Below are positions 11,960 to 24,732 of a stretch of DNA of 64,000 nucleotides, piece by piece (position 1 is the first letter of the stretch; every line of letters begins with the position of its first letter). Below the pieces are notes generated by a model. It was not told the DNA's origin and searched no databases. It was given only the letters and a program-made list of their open reading frames with translations. Source of the stretch: Lepidodermella squamata (lineage: Eukaryota; Animalia; Gastrotricha); the NCBI GenBank assembly GCA_047495785.1, contig JBLDXI010000009.1, positions 5,518,001 through 5,582,000 on the forward strand, in the 5' to 3' direction. The translations under genes and the position numbers were made by a program.

Positions 11960-14900
11960 ATGGAAGTTGCCGATTCTGCAGGTAATTATTTTTCATTCAA
12001 TATTTTCCTAAAATCACCGCGTTAGTTAGTATATCTCAATGAATGATTGTCAAAAAAACTCCATTATTCTATTCTTAATGAAAAAAATCTTGCAAGGAAA
12101 AAGATGGAATCATAACGCGATGGCTTGTCGTCTTTATTTAATTTAATTTAATTTGAAATGTCACTTTCAGACAGTCTTCATTTTTCTCGATTTTGATTAG
12201 CCTAATATCAGCCTATTGATTTTACTTCAACTATTCATGATTCCCCGCCTAAAATCATAGGTCGATAATTTCCTGTTAGATACGCAATGCGTTTTTCCTT
12301 TAATCTCGCTTCTTGAAATGAGTAAGGTCGAACAAAATTCGAAATAATAATTACCATGGAGACTTAATGTCTTGCGACCATGGTATTAAGAAAATTCCTG
12401 GAAAGAGGTTTATTTGGAGCTGGTAGCTACACTGTAAAAAAAAGTTCGCTATTTAGCACTTGGCATTTAGCACGGCCGGTTATTTAGAATAAAAATTAAA
12501 AAAAATTCGAATCGCTAAATACCAGAAAACTATTTAGAATAATCGGGGGTTATTTATCACTAGTAACATAGGGCAAATTTGAGTTTAGGGTGTCCAAAAA
12601 TAGATAACTAAGAAAACCCGCCATTTTATACTTGTTACCTAAAATTTGGTATTTATCGCCTGGAATTTAATTTCTTGGTAATTAGAAGCTTAAATTAAAA
12701 TTTGTAGGCTAAATAGGAGGCTCCCAGGGTCCTAAATGCCCGAGTAAAAGTCGGTTATTTAGCGGCTAAATTGCGATCTTTTTTTTATAGTGTAATTTTC
12801 GCAATATAGCTTTCCGAAAATTCTCGTAACCTTAGATATTTTTATCTTGGATTTAATGCCCATGGAAAATGTTAGACTTTTTAAAACTTAGTGCCTCGAA
12901 TTAGTCGAATTACCTAGAAGATTAATACAATTTTCGAAATGTATCATTATCTCAAGTATTTTTGCTGATTTAATCGAATTTTCGTGAACTTCGATGCTGG
13001 TACGAATTTCGCAAATTAAGTCGCTAAGAAATTTTCCATCGAATTACTAATGAATTAATGGATTAATTTAAGAATTTAGGACGGCAAGCCATCTATAGCT
13101 TTACTCGCCCTATTTCATGAAAAATCCTCCTATCAAAACTCTATTAGGCGTCTCGTTTATTTGAATCTGCGTTTTGTGCCTGCTCGCCTCACCCTTCGAC
13201 TCAGTTACGTCTCACTTAGTTTTTACCGGCCCCTTTCTGATCATCAGACAAAAAGCAATAGTAAGGTTAGAGCAAAAAAAAATCATCAGTCACTTGGCTC
13301 GAACAAGTCAAACAAATCAATGATCATCAATCAATCAAAACAAATCAATCACCGCTTGTTTGCTTGCACATATTAGGCACGACGTTTGAAAGTGACGCCA
13401 TTCACCACCTGAACCACCCGTTCGCCCACCACCACGCCGACCAGCTCGAGGTGGCGACGAGCAGCGACGACGACGCGATGCAGCGCTCGGACCACGGCGG
13501 CAAGTCGTCGGAGGACGATCAGCTGTCGCCAGCCACAGGTATGTTGCTAGACGCATCGCCCAACAACAACACAACCACCACATCCGCAACACACCACCGC
13601 CACCACCACGAGACTACTACTAAGGACGAGGATTTGCTCGGACGCTTCGACGACGAGGCGACCTTCTCGACGCATTCGTTCGACTTGCTGCAGCACCAGC
13701 AGTTTTCGACTCGCAGCAACAACAACGACTCGCTCGACAATTTCGAGGCGCTCGAGTCGAAACTCGCGAAACCCGACTTCGACCTGCCCGAGCCGCTTAG
13801 CTACTCATTCGAGGCCGAGTCGAACAGCGACAATCTGAGCCAGTCGCAAAATTCCGGCTCGAAGAAGCTCGACCTGTCCATCGTCGATAGCCACCTTTCA
13901 ATGCCCTCGCCGAGTGAGGACCGGTCGAATAGTTACGAAATCGAAAAGTCGCCCTTCCTCGATAACGAAGACCTGAAACTGCCGATTGACGACGACCTGG
14001 CGAGTGATGATAAACTCGAGTTGTCCGGGTCGAGTCGGTCGGCGGGCGAGACGCCGCGCCACGAGACCAGCAGCGAGACGTGGGCTGAGAAAATTGTCGC
14101 CTCGGCGTCGGCTAAGCTCGACGACGGCGAAAACGGCGTTGAAATTCGGTCGATTAGTGATAAAAACGAGCCGGAACTTGAGTTGGAAGAGGAGGACGAG
14201 CCCGTCCCGGAGGTTGAACAGCCGACGCCGCAGAGCGAGCCGGAGCGGCCGGGCGTGAAAATGGCGGCTCATTTCATTGCCGATCTTGAGGAGCCAAGCC
14301 TGGAACGCGAGTCGAGCGAAATCAGCTCGGCGGCTTCGCCTCACACTGTCCCGCCGAACACGGCTAGTTTCGCCTCGGAATTTGCGACCCATTCGGCTTT
14401 TTCGAATTTCGAAATTTCGCAGAAATTCGAAGAAGAATCGCCTCGAGGCGAGTACAATTTTGAAAAATTCGAATCTCACGATTTCGAACTGGACGCATCG
14501 AAATCCTCTCATGATTTAGAGCAATCTCACGATGACTTCGAACTTTCGAAATCCGAGCATGACCTTGAGGCTTCGAAATCTACCCAAAATTTCGATTATT
14601 TGGAACAATCGCACGAGTCGCAACATTTCGACCTTGAAGCTTCGAAATCATCTCATGAAATCGAGTCGAATTTAGAAAAATCTCACAATGAATTTCTTCA
14701 TCATGATCTTGATGCTTCGAAATCAACTCACGATTTCGCATTGGAGAAATCTCACCAGTCCGATGAGCTTGAATACTCGAAATCGAGCCACGACTACGAG
14801 GCAAGGCATTCTGATGATTTGAGTGCTTCGAAATCGACCCATGACTACGAGCAGTACGAGACGAAATCTCACCACGAATACGATTTAGAAAAATCTCACG

Positions 14901-17900
14901 ATGATCTTGAAATTGCGAAGTCTGAAAAATCGATCGACGACCTAGAAGCTTCGAAATCGTCCCATGACTTTGAGGCGAAATTCCTGGAAGAATCACACGA
15001 GACCGAACATGTTGACCTCGAGGCATCGAAATCCACCCATGATGACCTTGAAATTTCGAAATATTCTGAATCAGTCAAATCTGAGGCGAAATCAGAGCAC
15101 GAGCTTGAAAAATCGACCCATGACCTTGAATTGGAGTTCACAGTTATGGAGAAATCGCACGACTTTGAACATTTCGAGGCAAAATTTACGGCCGAATCCG
15201 AACTCGAAGCTTCGTCCCACCACGAAATTGTTAAATCTCACGATTTCGACATTGAATACACGAAATCCGAGCCTCTTACGCCCGACGTTCATCAGCCGGC
15301 GAAAACTCTCGATTTCGAGGTTGAGCCGCAGTCACCCGCTGAGGCGAAATTCGACCTTGAAATTCCCGAGTATAAATCCTCGTCTCAGTTCGAAATTGCG
15401 TCGACTCAGGAGTCGGCGACTCACGAAATCGTCGCCTCGCCCGTTGAGGAGTCGACGCACCACCACCAGCATCAGCAGCCGCCGTATTTCGAGGAAAGCC
15501 ACCCGAGCGAGACGGTCGCCGCTGAACAGCCCGCAGGTTCGGCCCCAGCCACTGCTCGTTTATTGGTTGTTGTGCCTCCGGTGTTGTGTTGCGCTTTCTA
15601 AATGTTGTCTTGTCCTTTCGAATTAACGACTTGAAACACCCTATATGTGTATCATACCAATTGCTTGCCGGGTGGTTAGATCTCCTGCGCTTATTACTAA
15701 ACAAAACCCATACGGTTGCCGGTCGATCGTTGCGTTTTTACGTTGTTGTCTCGTTCATTTTTTTCCGTTTTAATTTTTGGTGTTGTGGTTGCTGGTTTTT
15801 GTCCTATATATCCTATTCTAGCCGGTCGCATGGAACTTGCTTTTACTACGATACATTTTCCTCTATTTTGTTCTATTTTTGTTTTAATAATATATGCAAA
15901 GGAATCGATTTCAGGCAAATGAATTTTCATCATTTTTCTCAAAATTCGAAATTAACCGGAAAATTGACGAATTAATAGTATCCGATCTATAATTAGCTAT
16001 AATTTTTTATTGTGCTTTGGAATATTTTTCAATTATTTTTCAAATTGGAAAAATCAGCATTCTGGATTACAGAATATTTTTATTTAATTTTTAGTTCATG
16101 TAAGAGCCTATTTTTATTTGTAATATTAAAAATTAAAATTAAAAATTCGATTGACAATTTTGAGCTTCTATTGTCTTGAAATCGATTCCGATGGTAAAAT
16201 TGCCTTTCCTTAGTAACACTGTTTTTTTCAAATATTCTCTGTTAATTTCTTGCTTCTGTGTCTTCGATTGATAGAAATCGAGCCGGAACGAATCGAAAGT
16301 GTGGCCGTTGAGCCGGAACCGGTGCCTGAACCCGTTGTTGCAGAACCGGAGCCTATTGCCACCCAGCAGCACATTGAATCCTCGATCTCAGCGCCCGCGG
16401 CCGAGGCGGACGCGACCCTGCTGCTGGAAACGACTCAAAGCGCGCCTCAGCCTGCCGCCGCCACTGCCGAGGTGAACGGCCACGCAGCACCCGAGGCCGA
16501 AGTCGCGAAACCAGCCGAAAAATCAGACAAAAAACCAGCTGCTGCTGCTGTTAAGAAAGCGCCGGCCGAGGCGAAGAAACCGGCCGTTGCCGATGCGAAG
16601 AAATCGGCGGATAAGAAGGCGCCGGTGAAGTCGGCCGCCGAGCCGGCCAACTCGAGACCCGCCACGGCTGGCTCGGCCACCTCGAAATCGACGGCGAAAG
16701 TTCGCGCCTCGCTGGCCCCGACGAAACCGGTCGCGGCCGAGGACGGAGCCGAAAACCACAAACCCACCTCGCCGGCCGCGACGGCTGCGAGTCGAAAGCC
16801 GGCGGCGACCGCGCCGAAGCCGACGAAGCCCGCCGAGTCGGGCGAGGCGAAACCAGCGGCGGCGGCGCCCCGCAGTGCCGGCTCGGCTGTTCGCAAATCG
16901 GTGAAACCGGTTGAGAACGAGGCGAAGAAGCCGGAGGCGGGCGAGGCGAAACCGGCGAGCAAGCCGACGACTCGGTCTGCGACTGCGGCTGCTGCCACGA
17001 CTAAGGTGCCGCCGATCAAGGCCGCGGCTCTCGCGAATGGCGCCGCTCACACTGAGGCGAAGCCTGAGGCCGCGAAGAAACCGGCGGCGCCTAAGAAGCC
17101 GGCTGCCGAGTCGCACGAGGCGAATACGAATGGCGAGGCGAATGGCACTGATGCGGCTGCGAAGCGACTCAGCCGGCGCCCGGCCCCAGCGCCGAAAAAA
17201 GCTGACGGTGAACCGACCAAGGTGAGCAACTAAAATATTATTAGCTACTCCATGCAATTTTCTAAGAAAAACCAGCAGATTCATGAGGAAGACAATATTT
17301 GAAAATTTTTCAATAATTTGAAATTAAAAGGCATGGAAATATTTTGGATAATCCATTCGGCGTTTAGGAATTTGAGTAATTTAGAAAATCATATTTCGGA
17401 TTTTTTCAGAAAAATGAAAATTGAAAAAAGTTTGAGCTTTGGGAATTTTAGAAATTTCCCTAACCTTCACTAGGTGAAAATTGCTCCTAAAATGAACCCA
17501 TGAATCTGCTGGTTTCGTTCAGATCGCCCTGCTTTAACCATATTATGAATGCCGCAGCATGAATTTACCAGAGCATGTCTCTAAATTGAATGGCCTAAGG
17601 AATACCTATTATGAATAATTGCTTGATGATGTGATGTTGACTGCGAAATGATAGCGCCCGGCCACTGCTGCCACTGCTGCTTCATCGAATAAAACCGAGC
17701 CGAGTAAATCGGGCGTGCGGTTGCGGCCGAAATCGGCGCTAGGCGTCGGCCGGGGCGACAATGCTGCTGCTGCCGTCCCGAAAGCGCCAGTTGCCGCCAC
17801 GACCTCGGCGTCTTCGACTCGCCCGGCGACCTCGGCCGCCACGGCTCACCGCACGTCGAGCCCGGCCAAGTCGCCCCGGGCACCCACTGCCAGGGCGAAA

Positions 17901-19532
17901 TCAATCGCCCCCTCGTCGTCTTCGAAGGTTCTTATACGTCGTGTTGTTGTGACACCCTACTACCTCCACCACTTATATACTGCTTCAACTCGTCCCGTGT
18001 TCTTTTTTTGTTGTTGTTTTCCACCCGCTCATTTACGTTATCTAGTAACAGGCCGTTGTACTACCTGGTTTTGATATTTTCAACACTAGAATATTGTACA
18101 GGGATTTGCATTGACCTATTTTTGCTGCTTATTAAAATTTTAAATTGCTGCTTAATTTCGGTGCGAAATTCGGACATAATTTGAAAAATCTCAAAATTAT
18201 GAAAATTGTATCTTCGATAGGCGCCGATATTAAGCTGTCATAATAAGTTTTGCGTAACTATGTCGTAGAATTTTAGTTACTAATTAGATATATTTTCTAC
18301 ATTTTTATTGCTTAATTTAATTTTTCAAATTATTTTTTCCGCAGCCCGACTCAGCTGACGGTGCAGCGCGGACAAACGGCACCTCGCCATCACGGTCCTC
18401 GAAACCGGCGTGGTCGGCCAGCTCACGCGTGGCGAAATCCGTGACGGAGAACGGCGCCACCTCGACCACAACTACCGCCACTGCCACCACAGCCACCGCC
18501 ACGACTGCAGCTACGGCTACAGCAACCTCGAACGGCACAGCGAAAGCGCCTGCCGCCGCCAAGAAACAGCCGACAGCTGAGAAGAAGCAACCGCTCGCAA
18601 ACGGCAGCCACAAGCCAGCGGCGGCCGAAAACGGCGCCGCTGCGACGAACGGGCACCACGCGCCGAAACCGGCGAAAACCGCGCCCGCCAAGTCGACGCG
18701 CATGTCGATGGCGGGCGGCGTCGCTGCTTCGACCGCGGCCGCCGACTCGACCGACGCGCCCAAGACGCGCGCAGCTGCGGCCGCCAAATCAGCTTCAGGT
18801 AGGCATCGCCTCTTCAAATTTGACCATTAGTCTCAGCGAAAATAGAGTATAAACTTAACAGAATTTGTAGACGTACAAAAATTTGAAAAAATCACCAAAA
18901 TCTCCAAATGAGAGAACAGACTTGATTGTGAATTTGTAATCTGAAATTCAAAATTTAAATTTTCTATTTTTCAAGTTCAAATGATATGAATAAATTCCTG
19001 AGGCAAATTTCTGAGACTTGGCTTTCATTTCAAAGAATTACCGAAAATTACCGCTTTATTAGGGCTCAATTTGCAGACTCAGGCTCAACAATATTAAGAA
19101 TTAAACAAAAAATAAAAATAAATTTCGTTTTTTTTTAGAGTTGATCTTGTTAACAAAATTTAATAAATTCAAACAAATTTAAAAATAATATCAAATAAAT
19201 TTCACAGGCCAGGTGATCAGCTAAATGATAATTGGCATCTATCGGATAATATCGGACATAAATTTTTTGCTGTTCTGAAATAATTGCGTGTATTGTTTCC
19301 AGGTGCACTAAACCGGTCGCTGCAAGTCGCTCCGAGTGCAACCTCGAAAGCCGCCGCTCCGGCGCCCATCAAAAAGGCGGCCGTGGGCGTGAAGAAGCCG
19401 GCGGCTGCTGCGTCGAAAGCGCCGGCGAACGGCGACGCAGCGGCGGCGAATGGCGCCGTCGAGGCGGTGACGGCGCAGCTCGACGCCGCCACTCTCGGTG
19501 ACCAGGCGGCGGCGGTGCCGGCCGCCAACTGA
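11960..19532 (+). CDS. ~1361-aa low-complexity, probably disordered protein (acidic/His repeat N-half, basic Ala/Lys/Pro C-half; MAP-like architecture)
   Basis: Exons 11960-11981, 13377-15536, 16275-17221, 17655-17927, 18345-18798 and 19303-19532 have GT-AG boundaries with matching phases and sum to 4086 nt. Exons are GC-rich and introns AT-rich. No globular domain recognised. Confidence 0.8.
12430..12792. mobile_element. Non-autonomous CACTA/EnSpm-like MITE (363 bp) in intron 1
   Basis: 28-bp TIRs, CACTGTAAAAAAAAGTTCGCTATTTAGC versus reverse complement CACTATAAAAAAAAGATCGCAATTTAGC (3 mismatches). Flanked by TA on both sides. Many internal ATTTAG/CTAAAT subterminal motifs. Confidence 0.8.
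14480..15260 (+). repeat. Degenerate coding tandem repeat (~8-12 aa, consensus like DLEASKSSHD / LEKSHD)
   Basis: Repeated peptides ELDASKSSHD, DLEASKSTQN, DLEASKSSHE, NLEKSHNE, DLSASKSTHD etc. in the 745-aa ORF; recurrent TCGAAATC at the DNA level. Confidence 0.8.
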
Positions 19533-21123
19533 GCGGTTCCTATTCTGACTCCAAGTGGCTTTCTTTCATCGTCATTATCATCATCACAACAAGAGACTGA
19601 ACACACACGTTGAACACACAGATGATCCAAACAAGTACAAACAAAATCACGGAAAAAGGATGAATTTTTATCATTATTACTTCTACGTGTATGAAAAATT
19701 GTGTGGTAGCTTTTTTATACACCCTACCTTTTCGTCCGAGGTTGAGGACTGCGCGCGGGTGTTGCGAACGCCACGAAAGACAGATATAACAGCCTTATAA
19801 TTACACGGGCGTTTCGCATTCGTTTTTTTCTCTTCATTTTTTCCTACCTGTGTATAAAAAATCGTACAACTAATCAATTTTTCTAGTGTTTCCAGGCGCA
19901 GCTGCAGAGAATTTTAACCAAAAATGAATCAGTCATTTTGCATGTCATCATCATCATCATTATATTGTTATGATACCCGCCTGCCTAAAAAAGACGAACT
20001 GCTATAATGAAATGGATTAGCGTTGCTTCGTAGAGGTGGTTCTCCTGTGAATTTATCTGTCATAATAAAGGCCATCTACGATATTATTACGTACTACTAG
20101 CTAATGCGATCGAAGGTGATTGGCAAATTTTTCTATCACGATTTTAGCTTGAAAAAATTCTAATCATTTTTCTTCTTCTTCTTCTCTCTATCAACAGCAG
20201 CATTACGCGTTTGTGTTAATTAAAATGGCATATTATCATCGATATATTAAAGCTATAAATGAATAGTTATTATATAGGTACGTGAAATATTATTGCAACA
20301 TTTCTTCTTCTATCAATTATTATTAATATTATGTATCTATTGATTGATTGAATCATTATTATAATAATTATATTATTGAAATTTAAACACTGCTTGCGCT
20401 ATTTGACAAACATGATACAAAAAAGCTAAACAAAAGATGAACTGTCGAAAGTCGAAAATAAACAAGAAGCAAAATTCGTTGTGGAGAAAGAAAATTGCAG
20501 TTTTTGTGTGTTATCGAGTTGTTCCTGCAGAAACTACAATTTCGTGCATTTCAGCAGATAGCTGATTAGTTCCAAGGCTAGCTCAGATCGTCTAACTACT
20601 AACTAACGTCAGCATCGACATCATTGGTGACTTAGAAATCAAAGATGGCAAAGATGGCAAGACCCCATGAGTTGGCTGCCATTAGATAGCCAAGGAAAAG
20701 GCAAGCTATTCGGGAGATGTCAACAAATAAAGTTCGAGGCAAATATTCAACTCCAATTTTTCAGCGCGCTTGTTCGAAATTAGCCTTTGCCACTGGAGAA
20801 CTTTGAAGCCTACTTTCTCAGAAGCCCCGGTGACTATCACCTGTTTTTGATACCGTTCCTTCATTGCGGTCCTGAAAGCGGCGTCAAAATCTGCTCATGG
20901 TGTCAATAATTTCGCCTAATCCTAATTTTCACTTGTTAACAGTCATTTGTTTTTGCCTCACATTCACATGAAGAATGCCGCTTTTTCCTTGTCACCTTCC
21001 AAGTGGCGTAAACAACCGTTAATCCGAGTCGTTAATCGACGGTAACGATATGTCATTTTCAGATAGCCCTTCCTTCAGGCTATCCAAATGTGCGAGTTTA
21101 CTCATAGCGAAAAAAGTTACTTA

Positions 21124-21515
21124 CCGTAAATACCGAGTTATATCAGGCACTGCCTTCTATTTTTCAAACGCCCGGTTACCGCTGCCCTCAATTCAGGGCC
21201 TGTCTTATATTCTGTTGTTGCCTTGAAATTACTTTGTTTACGATAAACAATGAAAACCCAAAATGAAAAATGCTGATTTGACATTAACAGGCAGAAGATA
21301 CCGTTTTTTCTCCTATTGGTTTCAATGGAAAATTCTCTATTCCTATTTGCCGATAGATTTAAGAAATCTTCATTTTAGAGGATTTCCGTAAGCCGTAAAC
21401 AACTCTAGGGTTATCGCGATAAGACACCTGCCGTCTGTTTCTGTTCTGCCCAATAACTTTTCCAATGTCCCAAAACCCATGCTCTCAATTCTGCCCTTTA
21501 TTTCGGTATTTACGG
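21124..21515. mobile_element. Putative pogo-like MITE (~390 bp)
   Basis: Perfect 14-bp inverted repeat ACCGTAAATACCGA (21123-21136) / TCGGTATTTACGGT (21503-21516). The TA-CCGTA terminus resembles pogo-family ends. The right flank reads TG rather than TA. Confidence 0.5.
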
Positions 21516-21987
21516 TGTATAGTTTACAATGCGCTAATCAGGGCAACGAGAGCAAAAAATTGCACAAGTCTTACATTGTCATCACGGTTTCCCGCGTTGT
21601 GGACGTTTTTTAGGGCCGGCGCGCTTCAAAAAAATCTGCACGCATTTACTCTAACCATCCAAGCTATAGAACGCGCTAGCTCATTGAAGCTGGGCAAAAC
21701 TAGAAACCAAATAAAAAACATAATTTCTTTATACTCGTTTTTACGGACTTTGAAATGGACTAAGTTGACCTGCTTTTTGTTAGTTTTGCATTTCTGACGA
21801 ACAATGGTCGGTTCATGAGCCCAAAATTGTCCACGGGCCTTTGGCGAATATCTGATCTTGCACCCTCTCGATCCCTTGACATCCTGAGGTGTTGAGCTCT
21901 CAACTTTGGGACGCATGCTCGTGATAGTTTAAAGAAATAGATAATTAACTCTCTAGCGAATAGCATACGAAATTTACGAGCCCACTG

Positions 21988-23367
21988 ATGTATCCTCTTG
22001 ACGAAATACCGCTGCTCAATGAGCTTTGCAAGCGAGACACTTTCGCGCGAAAGGTTAACCTGACTGTCGGCATGTACTTCGATGAGAACTCAAAACTTAC
22101 ACCATTGCCGGTCGTTAATAAGCTGCAGGCGTCAACGCCCATCGATGAACTTATGCAAAGCCAACAGTATTGAAATTTCTTTGCTATTACATCCAGTCCA
22201 AAGCAGGTTTATTCAATTCTAGGTACTTACCCATGACTGGTATGCAAGAGTTCAACAACGTTGCTGGTAAATTGCTGTTGGGCGAGGATTCTGAAGCTTT
22301 AAAATCTCAACGATCGATAACGGTTCAAACTGTCGGTGGAACAGGAGCACTGAGGTTCGCTGCAGATTTTCTGCGGAGACACTGTGACAGAGCCGTGGCC
22401 TACGTTCCGTCGCCAACATGGCCTAATCACCTCTCGATCTTCGAAAACGCTGGGTTTTCTCTGAAGCATTTTCCTTATTTGAATGATGACATGACTACTT
22501 TGAACCTTAGCGGAATGTTAGAAGCCTTAAACGCTGCCCCCGAGGTAACCTACTTCTAAAATAATACTAACCGCTAGTATTTATCGCTATTGACTGATCG
22601 TTGTTTAACAGGGAGCCGTTGTTGTGCTGCAAGCATGTGCGAATAACCCAACAGGCGTCGATCCTACTGACGACGAGTGGTTAGCGATTGTTGAGCTCAT
22701 ACGAGACAGGAAATTGATTCCCGTCGTCGATATAGCTTATCAAGGCTTTGCCACTGGCGATCCTGATAAAGATTCCTACGCTGTTCGCCTCATGGTCGAG
22801 AAAGGCATTGATGTTTTTGCAGCTCAGTCTTTTTCGAAGAACCTATGCTTGTATGGCTCTCGACTAGGAGCGCTGACTTGTGTCTTCAACGATTCAGTTG
22901 ACTTGGAAGTGAAACGGCGGCAACTCCGCCAAGTTGCAAGTGCACTTTGGGCTTGTCCTGTCAATTTTGGCGCAACCATAGCTTCGCGAATATTGAGCGA
23001 TAGTGATCACAGAAAAGAATGGTACCTTCTAACGATGTTTAAACACTTTTTGTTATTTCTATTTTTATTTTGCATTGTTTTCAGGCTAGAGAATCTCGAA
23101 GCGATGTTTTCTAGGATCTGCAAGATGCGTCAGGAACTTTATCGGCGCTTAGTTGACCTTGGCACGCCCGGCTCGTGGGTGCATTTCATACAACAGCGTG
23201 GCGTGTTTTCTTTCTCAGGTCTCACACCGATTCAAGCAGACCGCCTAAGGACTGAATTCCACGTTTACATGTTGAGCAACGGCCGGATCAATGTCAGCGG
23301 GCTGAATTCTAACAACGTGCAGTATGTCGCTGAAGCCTTCCATCACGTCATATCGACGACGAAATAA
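21988..23367 (+). CDS. Aspartate aminotransferase (GOT1-like, PLP fold I) paralog A, ~397 aa
   Basis: Exons 21988-22166, 22223-22544, 22612-23021, 23085-23367. Motifs KVNLTVG, YLP, QTVGGTGAL, PTWPNH, NPTG, DIAYQGF, SFSKN (PLP lysine), GRIN. Start codon uncertain. Confidence 0.9.
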
Positions 23368-24732
23368 CTCTTGGATTAGTATGATCATTCACTGCGCCTT
23401 TATTATAGGACTGAATGAAATAATTACCCATCAATTAGAGTTCCAAATATCTGTTTGACTCTTGATACTTTTTAACAAAACAGTTGTTCCTTCTTATATA
23501 ACTTGCTTGTTTTAACGAGATATTTTCGACCGTAGTATAGAGCAGATTCGAGTTCACATCACGCTGGTGATCCTTTTAACTTACTAACGGATGATTCAAT
23601 AAGTAGGTATTATGTAGCTATGAGGAGACTTGATTGCCGAAATCCTTTGGTGTTTTCATGGGGATAATGTTCATCCGCTGTCTATGCCTGAGCTCCCCGA
23701 ATTTCCGCGGAATAAAAGAAAACGCCCGGACAAATATCAAGCTATTTTCGATTTGGCTTTGACAGCAGCATTGATTCCCATCAACACCTTTGCAGTATCG
23801 CGGAGCATTCTTCGGTCATCCTCACCAAACTGGTGGAACGGCATTCAATTCTAACTTCACAATAATCCAATATCTCTTTCTAAGGAACACGCTGAAGATC
23901 TCATGAACTTCATATTGAAAGAACTATTTTATTCTGGTTTAGACAATCCAAGAAAAAATCCATACAGTAACCATTGGGGGTCACTTTGCCACGACGAATG
24001 GAATTATCAAATATTCACCTTGAAACGGACGTAAACAAGCCTATATAGGAGTTATTCAACGACGCCTGCGACATTACCCTGGGTCGCAGTCAACCGAGAA
24101 TCGAGATTCGAGAAGTTTCATTTTAACTGCTGCCAGCGTCTTCATTTTAGACGAAAAATTCCCGCTATGGACTAGGTAGTGGTGGAGAAGATTTTAGAGG
24201 TCGTCTAAAGCAATCGAAAAAATGTCCCATATCCTTGGCTGTCTTTTCTGATCGAACAATGTAGCGTTCAGACGCTGATTTTGCACGTAATCTGACTGAA
24301 TGTATAATTACCAAGTTGAGTTTGCCTTCATCTCATTTTAACTAACAACAGATTTGCCAAGCTCGTCCAACCCAAACTCGGCTTCTCCATTCAAGAGACG
24401 CTAGGCATCAACCGTTCTCTCAATGTGTTTGCTCTTTGCTCCGGTCAAAGCGCCAAAAGTTACTTACGGTTTACAGCACAAGCAACGAGAATACGCTTAA
24501 TCGCGACTATTGAGAACAAAAAGTTTTACAAGCTCTACGTTACCATGTATTATCACGGCTCCTGTCACGCGTTGTTCACGTTTACACGGCCTGTTCACTT
24601 TGAAAATAAACCAGCACGCAATTGCTCTGACCAAAGTTCAAGCTATCTTCAAGTATATAATATTGAACGAGCTTACTCCCATATTCTACTCGATAAGCTG
24701 CTGAGCTACTTTATGGTGGATAGCATAAAAGA

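Noticed and set aside
13898-17284. Long antisense and alternate-frame ORFs over the disordered-protein exons (also 29189-29675 and 30935-31933)
   Set aside because: Shadows of GC-rich coding sequence.
20520-21060. Possible decayed transposase on the minus strand
   Set aside because: Only vague similarity, with stop codons; not supportable without a search.
23560-24150. Coding-like stretch between the GOT paralogs
   Set aside because: Short interrupted frames with no recognisable motif.
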